Assembly (NCBI GenBank): GCA_964527425.1 | Contig: CAZGOA010000006.1 | Coordinates: 13,928 to 77,927, forward strand | Direction of reading: 5' to 3' | DNA length: 64,000 bases | Origin: an uncultured Gammaproteobacteria bacterium | Lineage (GTDB): Bacteria; Patescibacteriota; Microgenomatia; UBA10105; UBA927 | In this document: piece by piece, positions 18,473 to 27,063 of the stretch | How positions within the stretch are numbered: the first letter of the stretch is position 1 | How the letters are laid out: the number at the start of each line of letters is the position of its first letter | Made by a program: the position numbers and the translations under genes | Notes under the pieces: model-generated | Database searches by the model: none | Told to the model about the DNA's origin: nothing | What the model saw: only the letters and a program-made list of their open reading frames with translations

Positions 18473-19772
18473 ACAGATCTTCTACGATTACTTCGGAAGC
18501 TTTAATTCCTAACTCAACAGCATAGTTTGTTCCTCTATCCCAAGGATATATTGAATCCATATTAGCAATATATATTCCCTTAACAGGGGTTTTTAGGGGA
18601 GGTGCTTTGGTTGAATATTGTTGTGTATGAACCGGCTGTGCAAATGGTGCTTTAAATAGATATGAATTAATAATAGATGTAGGATTAAATCCAGAGTTTA
18701 TGCGTTTTATATAGGGATAAAAATGTTTCCAGAGTTTTTCTTTTGAATATGAAAGATACGGGTGTGATGGCGGAAGGTAATTTCCAATATACGTAATATG
18801 GTGATTAGCATAGTGTTTCTTATCCATGTAGTTGGTATGGGATACAACCGCTAAAAAAGGAAATGATCTATCAGTAATGTTTAGCCAATATACCTTGTCC
18901 AAAAGTGGTTGTTTGCTTTCTATGATTAATACCTGTGCATGCAAATGAGGGATAGTAAGTGGTTTTTTGAAATAAGACTGAGGTATGAACGGCACTATAC
19001 GTTGTGCAATAGGAGTGGGAGTCGTAAGCAGCACACAGTTTGTGGTTAATGATTTAGATTGATTGAAGTGAACTGTAAAGGTTGGCATATCAGCATTTGT
19101 ACTTTTTTGAGGAGTTATCTCTTTTACTGTGGTGTCAGTAAGAATAGTCCCGCCAGCCTGGTGTATATGGGTATGCAAACGATCAACAAGGGTTTGAAAA
19201 CCACCTTCAATATAGGCTAATGAAGGTGTTCTTTTTTTTATACGCGACCATAACCAGGAGGCGGTAATATCTGATGCGTAGGTTCCAAATTTACCTGTCA
19301 TTAATGGTTCCCAAATAACCTTCCATCCAGCCATTCCTCCAATTGATTGTGCAAGCGATTTTGCCGTTACCTGTTCGAGCGGTTTCCAGAAAGGATTACT
19401 TTTCATGAGTGCGATGAATAATCCTGTTCGTATTCGATCGAGAGGTGATAGAGCAGGAAACTGGAGGAGTGAGGATGCAGAATCCAATTGATACATCTGA
19501 TTGTTCCACAACGTAGCTGTTATTGGTCTCTTAATTATTAGTTTGTTATCTAACTCAAGCGTATGGATTAAGGCAAGTATTGCAGTATCATTGGTAAAAA
19601 GATGATGATATGCAGATTCTAAATGCCATGCCCATTGTTTATGTTTAAATCCCTGAGCTAAGCCTCCTAAAAAAGATTCTTTCTCAAGAAGCGTTATCGT
19701 ATGACCCTTGTTTATTAAAGTATACGCTGCGGTTAATCCCGTAAATCCGCCTCCAATAATTGTGATATGCAT
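18471..19772 (-). CDS. FAD-dependent oxidoreductase (HemY/amine-oxidase/UGM-like fold)
   Basis: GGGFTG FAD motif, LGGL, YHHLF, C-terminal YPWDRGTNYAV. Confidence 0.85.
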   Translation of the reverse strand: MHITIIGGGFTGLTAAYTLINKGHTITLLEKESFLGGLAQGFKHKQWAWHLESAYHHLFTNDTAILALIHTLELDNKLIIKRPITATLWNNQMYQLDSASSLLQFPALSPLDRIRTGLFIALMKSNPFWKPLEQVTAKSLAQSIGGMAGWKVIWEPLMTGKFGTYASDITASWLWSRIKKRTPSLAYIEGGFQTLVDRLHTHIHQAGGTILTDTTVKEITPQKSTNADMPTFTVHFNQSKSLTTNCVLLTTPTPIAQRIVPFIPQSYFKKPLTIPHLHAQVLIIESKQPLLDKVYWLNITDRSFPFLAVVSHTNYMDKKHYANHHITYIGNYLPPSHPYLSYSKEKLWKHFYPYIKRINSGFNPTSIINSYLFKAPFAQPVHTQQYSTKAPPLKTPVKGIYIANMDSIYPWDRGTNYAVELGIKASEVIVEDL

Positions 19773-19895
19773 GTTGATGAGTATACGTCACAGATAGAGA
19801 AAAAATCGAGTAGAAATATTGATGAAATGTCATTATTGGAACTTTTTTAATGAGAAAGAGCTATACTCATGATATGATTCGTCAAAAGGGAAGTC

Positions 19896-20828
19896 ATGAA
19901 ACGCAATGTCTATCAATTTATTGAAGTGGCCAGACCCTGGTTGTGGGTTAAGAATTTAGGACTTCTGTTACCAGTTTTTTTAGCGGGGAGATTATTTGAT
20001 CCTTCAATTTTGCCAGTAGTGTTATTAGGTATTCTTGCTTTTTGTTTATTGTCTTCTTCAAATTATATTTTGAATGACATCCTTGATGCTGCTAAAGATA
20101 AAACACATCCTATAAAGAGACATAGACCTATAGCTAGTAATAGTATTACGGTTGAACAGGCAATTGCATTAGCATCATTGTTTGGATTTTTAGGTTTACT
20201 GATTGCTTTTTTTATAAATCAGACATTTTTTGTGCTTGCAACTGTATTTGTACTTATACATCATTTATCCTATTTCTTTTTTCGTAAGATGTCTGTTATT
20301 GATGTACTCGCTATTGGGAGTGGGTATTTACTCCGAGTTATGGCGGGGGAACAAGCTGCAGGTATAACAATGTCTGTCTGGTTATTTCTTGCTGTATTAT
20401 CAGGTTCACTGTTGATGGCAATTGGAAAACGTAGACATGAATTTACGCAAGTACGGGAAATTTCCAAGGTTAATAAAGATTTTCATCAAGATGACTTTAT
20501 TTACTCAGAAAAGATATTAGATTCTTATGTGGCAGTTTTTGCAAGTTCGACATTTATTGCATATTCGTATTTTACGTTTTTGATTGGTCCAACAATGGAA
20601 GGAATTTTTTTTAAAGGATATGCTGATTACATATTTCAACTTATAGGAAGAAAATGGATGATGATTACTGTGCCTTTTGTGCTATATGCTATTATGAGAT
20701 ACTTGCAGATTGTTTATTCAGGAAAAGGATTACTTTCTAAGGTCATATCAAATGACTATCCATTATTTATAGCGGGTATACTTTGGACTCTATCAGTATT
20801 AATTGTTGTATATGGTATAGGAGGATAA
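19896..20828 (+). CDS. UbiA-family polyprenyl-phosphate phosphoribosyltransferase (DPPR synthase-like)
   Basis: RP..WVKN, YILND..D...D..HP.K..RPIA, GKRRHE. Confidence 0.85.
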   Translation: MKRNVYQFIEVARPWLWVKNLGLLLPVFLAGRLFDPSILPVVLLGILAFCLLSSSNYILNDILDAAKDKTHPIKRHRPIASNSITVEQAIALASLFGFLGLLIAFFINQTFFVLATVFVLIHHLSYFFFRKMSVIDVLAIGSGYLLRVMAGEQAAGITMSVWLFLAVLSGSLLMAIGKRRHEFTQVREISKVNKDFHQDDFIYSEKILDSYVAVFASSTFIAYSYFTFLIGPTMEGIFFKGYADYIFQLIGRKWMMITVPFVLYAIMRYLQIVYSGKGLLSKVISNDYPLFIAGILWTLSVLIVVYGIGG

Positions 20829-21388
20829 TGGCAAAAAAAATTATACAAGTCGGCATAGATTTTGACGGTGTGTTAGCGTATAACCCATTTCGTGTTGTAA
20901 GAGCTCCAATAACGTATGTAAAGCGAAATATCTTAGGTGAGAATAAAACACGTTTTTATGTGCCGAAGACTCCTTTAGAGCGCATTGTCTGGGCAGTACT
21001 TCATGAATCCAGTGTTTTTCCTGCTCAGGGGGTAGACTTATTAAGAACGTTAGTAAAAGAAAAAAAAATTGAGGCGCATCTGGTAACGGCACGCTATAGT
21101 TTCTTACAACCACAGCTTTATACCTGGATTAACAAACACAATATTGAAAACTTATTTTCTTCAATAACAATAAATGAGAAAGATCAACAGCCCCATATAT
21201 ATAAGTCTAATATCGTAAAAGTAAAAAAGTTTGATTACTTTATAGAAGACAATTTAGATATTGTTAATCATATGGCTAAACTTCATCCTACAAATGTGTT
21301 ATGGATATATAACGTCATTGATAGAGGGTATCCATATCCGTATAAATTTCCTTATTTGCAGAAAGCATTGGAGTATATCGCTTCATGA
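20828..21388 (+). CDS. HAD-superfamily phosphatase (NT5C-like)
   Basis: IDFDGV motif I, VTAR motif II, FIEDN motif IV; ATG overlaps the upstream stop codon. Confidence 0.75.
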   Translation: MAKKIIQVGIDFDGVLAYNPFRVVRAPITYVKRNILGENKTRFYVPKTPLERIVWAVLHESSVFPAQGVDLLRTLVKEKKIEAHLVTARYSFLQPQLYTWINKHNIENLFSSITINEKDQQPHIYKSNIVKVKKFDYFIEDNLDIVNHMAKLHPTNVLWIYNVIDRGYPYPYKFPYLQKALEYIAS

Positions 21389-22515
21389 ATATAGTTATTG
21401 CATTAACATATTATACTCCGCACTGGACAGGACTTACGGAACATGCAAGGAGATTAGCAAAGGGGTTACTATCTAAAGGACATACAGTTACGGTAGTTTG
21501 TACTCAACATAAAAAAGAGCTACCAGTGTTTGAGGTTATGGATGGTGTAAACGTCATAAGGACACCTATTGTTGGCCGATTATCAAGAAGCGTTGTTTCA
21601 TTCGCGTTTATACCAACAGTAGCGTATTATGCAAAAAAAGCTGATATTGTGCTACTGTATACTCCACTTGCAGAGATACTTCCATTATCTGTTGTATTGC
21701 GTTTTTTGCAATTAAACATAATCATTGTTCATAACGGCGACCTATTACTACCGAAGGGAATATTAAACAGAGTCATAGAGTCTTTTTTTACTCTTTCAAT
21801 GCGAATAAGTGGGATAATGGTTCAGGGAATTATTAGTTATTCAGATGACTATACTCATCACTCACGTTTTCTAAAACTTTTCAAAAGTAAAACAGTATCA
21901 ATTCTGCCTTTATTTCCGGCATTACAACATGCTCCTTCAAAAAACATAGATTATCCTGTAAAAGCTGGTCCTATTGTAGGGTTTGCCGGCAGGTTTGTTG
22001 AAGAAAAAGGTTTTGATGTATTGTTGGACGCAATCCCTATAGTTGCAAACACATACCCAGACGTTCTCTTTATGTTTGCAGGAGAAAAACATATTGAGTA
22101 CGAAGCCTTTTATGAAACCAATAGAAGTAAGATAGAGAATCTGAAAAACTATTTACTTTTACTTGGTTTGTTAAGTCAGGAAGAAATGCAATCATTTTAT
22201 AACGCTTTAGATGTATTCGTGCTGCCTTCCAGAAGTGATTGTTTGGCCTTTGTTCAGGTTGAAGCGTTGTTATCAGACGTGCCTGTTGTAGCTACAGATA
22301 TTCCAGGAGCGAGAATTGCTGTTCAAAAAACAGGAATGGGATTATTAGTACAAGCTGAACATGCTGCAGACTTAGCCCAGGGTATTATCAAGGTATATAA
22401 AAGTAGATATCCATCGAAGAAAGTAAAAAAATCGGCTCAAAAAGTATTTGACTATGCTAAAACATTAGATGAATATAACACCTATCTTATGACTATGGCA
22501 CGAAAGAACATATGA
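21385..22515 (+). CDS. GT4 family glycosyltransferase
   Basis: FAGRFVEEKG, FVLPS...VQVEA, PVVATD. Confidence 0.9.
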   Translation: MNIVIALTYYTPHWTGLTEHARRLAKGLLSKGHTVTVVCTQHKKELPVFEVMDGVNVIRTPIVGRLSRSVVSFAFIPTVAYYAKKADIVLLYTPLAEILPLSVVLRFLQLNIIIVHNGDLLLPKGILNRVIESFFTLSMRISGIMVQGIISYSDDYTHHSRFLKLFKSKTVSILPLFPALQHAPSKNIDYPVKAGPIVGFAGRFVEEKGFDVLLDAIPIVANTYPDVLFMFAGEKHIEYEAFYETNRSKIENLKNYLLLLGLLSQEEMQSFYNALDVFVLPSRSDCLAFVQVEALLSDVPVVATDIPGARIAVQKTGMGLLVQAEHAADLAQGIIKVYKSRYPSKKVKKSAQKVFDYAKTLDEYNTYLMTMARKNI

Positions 22516-23360
22516 ATGTATATCGTAAAAGAAGTAATGCATTCTTATCCAAAGAACTTGATCCTGCTTTTGCTAGGAGGGCATCAATTATTGCACGTAA
22601 TTTAGAATTAATCAAAAACGGACATCTATTAGAAATAGGATGTGGAAGAGGGTATTATGAAGGGTTTTTGTCCTATGTTTATCCTTCTTTGCGCATTACA
22701 GCGATTGATCAAAACACTACATATCTTACTACTGCCAAACAATACACGCAATCTAAGCGGGTAACATTTGAAGTAGGTGATGCACTTCATTTGAAGTATA
22801 AACGGAACAGTTTTAATGGCATTCTTGCCAGTGAAGTACTAGAACATCTTTCTGATGATGCGAAAGCCTTGGAAGAAATGTATAGGGTTGTAAAGCCTGG
22901 TGGAATTGTAATGATTACAGTTCCCAATGCATCATATCCTTTATTGTGGGACCCTCTCAATTATGTGCTTGAACGATTTGCAGGTAGTCATATACCAAAA
23001 GATATTTGGTGGTTGGCTGGTATTTGGGCTGATCATGTTAGGCTTTATACAAAACAGCAATTAGTAACAGTTTGTCAACGTGCAGGGTTTACCATTGAAT
23101 CCATATATTTTTCTACGCATTACTGTATTCCTTTTTCTCATTTTCTTTTATATGGAATAGGAAAGAATATTGTAGAATCTGGATTATTGCCAGATTTTTA
23201 TCGATTTAATCAACTGGCAAAGCCTTCATCTTTTTTTAGATTGGTTAAATCTATGCTGTATCTTCGAGATCATTTAAATAACGATTCTCAGTCAGAATAC
23301 CAATCTACTGTAAATATTATTTTGAAATTACGAAAAGCTTATTGGTTTAATAGGACGTAG
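22512..23360 (+). CDS. Class I SAM-dependent methyltransferase
   Basis: LEIGCGRG, SEVLEH, RVVKPGG. Confidence 0.9.
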   Translation: MNVYRKRSNAFLSKELDPAFARRASIIARNLELIKNGHLLEIGCGRGYYEGFLSYVYPSLRITAIDQNTTYLTTAKQYTQSKRVTFEVGDALHLKYKRNSFNGILASEVLEHLSDDAKALEEMYRVVKPGGIVMITVPNASYPLLWDPLNYVLERFAGSHIPKDIWWLAGIWADHVRLYTKQQLVTVCQRAGFTIESIYFSTHYCIPFSHFLLYGIGKNIVESGLLPDFYRFNQLAKPSSFFRLVKSMLYLRDHLNNDSQSEYQSTVNIILKLRKAYWFNRT

Positions 23361-25267
23361 GGAGGGTTGTATTCTGGAGTCTTTTTAAAAATAGTAACTT
23401 TTGGATGATCGTACACTGTAAAACTTTCTTCTGCATAATCATCAATAATTACGATTCCTTTTGAGCAGTGGTTATCTAGTATTTCTTTAAACGCAGAATT
23501 ATCAGGGGTTATGTGTTTGTGAAGTAAAGTATCAACGCTACCATAAGAAAAAAACGGAACAGATATACAACCAGTAATAAAAGGTAAGTGTATTGTTGGA
23601 CGAGAGACAAATTGCGCTACAGGTTCAAATCCCAATTGATTAGAAAAAAGTAAATAATAAAAAACTGCTGTTTGCGGAAATTTATTAGTTGCTGATGTAA
23701 TTGATCCATACACTCTGTTACTCGAGATGATAAGATACTCTATCCTATTGAGCTTTTGTATGATTGTTTCCCATTTCTGAGAATCTTCTGGCGCAAAAAG
23801 TTCCAGTTCTTCTGTTTGATATTGCGCGTTGGCGCCAACATGTTCTAGATTTAGTGGAAGTCCATCATCCCAGTGTTCACTACTTAAGACTGAATTGTTG
23901 GGTATAGTATTGTATATCCACGTAGATGCCTGTACACGAGTATGCGGTTGAGTATATATTGACATATACGCAATCGGCCAACTACTAGCACTTAGTAGCA
24001 AAAATCCCATGATAATGTTTATGATTTTTTTAGGTTTAGTAGATAATAGATGTCCAATAGCAATACCACATAAAATAGAAAGAGAAGGTAGTATAGGCCA
24101 GAAGTATCGTAACGGCATGACATATTGAATACTTTGATACGCAAAAAAAGTGAATACTGCACTAAACGGTATTAGTAGAATGACTGGTGGATAGAGTTCT
24201 TGTATAGTATGTGTTTTTAACAGGTGTACTGTAACATTGTGTGATTTATACCTGAAGTGTTTTATATGCTGTGCTATTTTTTTAATAGCAAGAAGTAAAG
24301 AAATACCACTAATAATTGTTATCGGAATGCCTACTCCCCAAAATACTAATTGAAAAAGAGGAAAGATAATGGAAGTAGTATTAATCCATTGTACTCCAGG
24401 GGGAAACCAGGCATCGGGGGTATTAAAACTTTGTAATTCTTTTAAGTTATTAAGTACTTTTGGATTAATCTTATATAAAGATTCAGCAGTAAATAAATAT
24501 GGGTGGAAAAATCTAAAAAGACAAAAAAAGAAAAAACAAAAAAATAATATAAAATTAAATAATTGAATACTTTTATTTGTGTTATTTCCAAAAGAAATAT
24601 GAAAGAATAAATATAATATGAGAGTTGATCCTATAGGTGCAGCAGATATTTTTGCTGCTAAGGCTAGGGCTAAACAACAACCTGCTAGTATTCCAGTTTT
24701 CCAAGATGGATTAAACGTTAAAAAATAGAGTAATGCAGTTATGCTTACGATCACGTAAGGATCAACAGTTGCAAAATGAGCCAATTGTATTGGAAGAACG
24801 AGTATTGAATATATAAACATGGCAAATAAACCGGAGAGAATAGGGAATAGGTTGTTATGATAAGAAATACGATTAACTATACGTTTAGTTGTAAAGAATA
24901 CTAATAGAACAGTTAGGGTGTCTATACTTGCACTGAGAAACCTTCCAATTTCATGAATGTTTCCATACACTTGTCTATCCGTTAGTTGTGCAAATGCTTT
25001 AATTACAAGTAGAGGCCATGTTCCATAAACAAAAAAATTAAATCCAATAGTATGAGGGTTAAGTGGAGAAGAATTGGTATCAAGATATTCTTGTAGAGAA
25101 GAAGGCCATTTCATTGAAGTAATAACCATTGTAAGAAAACGTTCATCTGGATGAAGATAATTCCCCTGGTCCCAATTTAATCCGGTGAAACGGAAAGTTA
25201 TTGCAATTATAAGAATTACAATAAACGTAAATTTAGCTAAATGATGATGTATTTTGTTTACTTGCAT
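23339..25267 (-). CDS. GT-C (PMT_2/ArnT-like) glycosyltransferase
   Basis: HPDERF first-loop acidic motif, ~11 TMs, C-terminal domain with HWDD and ESFTVYDHP. Confidence 0.75.
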   Translation of the reverse strand: MQVNKIHHHLAKFTFIVILIIAITFRFTGLNWDQGNYLHPDERFLTMVITSMKWPSSLQEYLDTNSSPLNPHTIGFNFFVYGTWPLLVIKAFAQLTDRQVYGNIHEIGRFLSASIDTLTVLLVFFTTKRIVNRISYHNNLFPILSGLFAMFIYSILVLPIQLAHFATVDPYVIVSITALLYFLTFNPSWKTGILAGCCLALALAAKISAAPIGSTLILYLFFHISFGNNTNKSIQLFNFILFFCFFFFCLFRFFHPYLFTAESLYKINPKVLNNLKELQSFNTPDAWFPPGVQWINTTSIIFPLFQLVFWGVGIPITIISGISLLLAIKKIAQHIKHFRYKSHNVTVHLLKTHTIQELYPPVILLIPFSAVFTFFAYQSIQYVMPLRYFWPILPSLSILCGIAIGHLLSTKPKKIINIIMGFLLLSASSWPIAYMSIYTQPHTRVQASTWIYNTIPNNSVLSSEHWDDGLPLNLEHVGANAQYQTEELELFAPEDSQKWETIIQKLNRIEYLIISSNRVYGSITSATNKFPQTAVFYYLLFSNQLGFEPVAQFVSRPTIHLPFITGCISVPFFSYGSVDTLLHKHITPDNSAFKEILDNHCSKGIVIIDDYAEESFTVYDHPKVTIFKKTPEYNPPYVLLNQ

Positions 25268-26949
25268 AGAGAACTAACAGAATAGATTGTAATACCTGAT
25301 TCTGAGTTAGAATACATCTGACTGAATTGGTTTTTCCATAATGGGCTTATTGGTTTTAGAAATTCTTCTGGAGAATTATTCACTTCTACATACGATATGT
25401 GCTCCTGATTAAGTAATTGGCATACTTCTATCTTATCTTCTGATTGAAAAATTTCTTTCACAAGTGATTCTCTCTTATATGTGTCATAACCCGCTGACCA
25501 GGTAAAAAATGCATATCCATTATATATTTTTCTGCCCGCAGTAGAGGCAGGGTGATAAAACCAAGTGCTATTTAAGATGATTGCATCTTTAGGAATTGTA
25601 TCTCGTATAAAAGTAGCGTCTTTGTTTTTGGGAATATCAGTTAATGAGATTGTGTAATCATTTTTTATGGCAAAAAAGTCAATGAGCCCCGAGAGCGTTA
25701 GAATGATAAATAAAAGCGGTATTGTTACAAGGAATAATCGTAATGTTTTCTGTTTTGTGAACCATTCGGTTGCCAACACTAGGGCATATGACGAGTAAAG
25801 TGAGATGCATATTGTAAATAAGTTAATAAATTTATGATTATTGATCATATCTGTAGAAAATCTATATATATTAGGGAGTAAAAAAATAACAAGAACAGGC
25901 AGTGCTAGCCATCGTATACGTTTCGGAGCAAGAATCATGCCTATTGGGAATAGTAAGATATGAAGACCCAGATTATGCATCCAGAATTCAAGGAATGTTT
26001 TTATAGCAAGAGGTTTTTCTGACAAATAACCCGGTTCAAATACGGGGGTTCCACCTGTTTGAGCAATGGTATAAAAAAGTACTATCCATGGTATGGAAAT
26101 GAAAAATCCTATGATTAAAGATACTCTACTAGGTGGATGAAAGAGAAAAAATCCAATTGCAAAAATAACGGCTGGAACTAATGCTGCTTGATTTAAAAAT
26201 AGTAGGAGAGAGAATAACAATCCTATACATACAGAAACAGGTATTAATGAAGTGACAACCGGAAAGATTTTTTCAATATAGTTTGACGTGTGTTTTTTTC
26301 GCTGCAATGATAATAGAAGAATAATAATTGCCATCACCAAGGCGAATGATGCTGCTAAATGGCGTTGATTAGTATAGACATTTAAATTAGTAAATGCAGT
26401 TACGAGACTATGATCCCAAGGTCCAAAAGACGGAAAATCTTTAACTGAAGGAATATTTTTTATTGCCCCCAAAATAGTGTCATGCTTATTGAAATAGTTA
26501 ATAAAAGAAAGTGATCCATTAAAGAAAAAAAATACTATCGTTAATACACCTACACTTCTTCGCTGGAACAAAAGAACGGCAAGTTTATAGAGTAAAACGA
26601 GTAAAAGAAATAATCCAAGTGCGCTTGGGATATTTAATGCGTAATCAATGCGAACTCCAATTTTTTCTAATAAACCCACAATACTATAAAAAAGAAAATG
26701 ATATTTTATTTTTTCTCCAGGGAAGAGGGGATATTCTGGTGGCCAGTTTGATCCCAGAGAAAACGAACGTATCAAAGGAATATGTGCACCAAAGTCACTC
26801 CATACTTTGGAACCTAATACCATTTCATTTTCGCTTACGTTGTATCTAAGTGTGTGAAACATTAACCATAAACAACAAACAAATAGTAACGAGAAAAAGC
26901 CAAGTTCAAGTATCGTTAATAACCGATGATTACTAAAATGAAGACGCAT
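25258..26949 (-). CDS. GT-C-like polytopic membrane protein
   Basis: WSDFGAH first-loop Asp, YHFLFY, multiple TMs, STT3-like C-terminal I.YV strand; start uncertain (26949 or 26994). Confidence 0.65.
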   Translation of the reverse strand: MRLHFSNHRLLTILELGFFSLLFVCCLWLMFHTLRYNVSENEMVLGSKVWSDFGAHIPLIRSFSLGSNWPPEYPLFPGEKIKYHFLFYSIVGLLEKIGVRIDYALNIPSALGLFLLLVLLYKLAVLLFQRRSVGVLTIVFFFFNGSLSFINYFNKHDTILGAIKNIPSVKDFPSFGPWDHSLVTAFTNLNVYTNQRHLAASFALVMAIIILLLSLQRKKHTSNYIEKIFPVVTSLIPVSVCIGLLFSLLLFLNQAALVPAVIFAIGFFLFHPPSRVSLIIGFFISIPWIVLFYTIAQTGGTPVFEPGYLSEKPLAIKTFLEFWMHNLGLHILLFPIGMILAPKRIRWLALPVLVIFLLPNIYRFSTDMINNHKFINLFTICISLYSSYALVLATEWFTKQKTLRLFLVTIPLLFIILTLSGLIDFFAIKNDYTISLTDIPKNKDATFIRDTIPKDAIILNSTWFYHPASTAGRKIYNGYAFFTWSAGYDTYKRESLVKEIFQSEDKIEVCQLLNQEHISYVEVNNSPEEFLKPISPLWKNQFSQMYSNSESGITIYSVSSLCK

Positions 26950-27063
26950 GTGATGTATTGTATCTGTAGATTCGGTTGTAAAACTACTCCACAATTATAG
27001 CTATAATAAGTAAATTATATCTTATTGTCTCTCTAAATATGGAACAGTAAGGTAGTAAAGTGT

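Noticed and set aside
18471-19772. Assignment as protoporphyrinogen oxidase HemY
   Set aside because: Only fold-level resemblance; no heme genes nearby and the context is glycosylation
19773-19895. Inverted repeat ATGAGTATA...TATACTCAT as an operator or MITE end
   Set aside because: More simply explained as the TATACT -10 boxes of two divergent promoters
19896-20828. Assignment as quinone-biosynthesis UbiA/MenA
   Set aside because: WVKN, HP.K..RPIA and KRR.E motifs and the gene context fit the phosphoribosyltransferase subfamily
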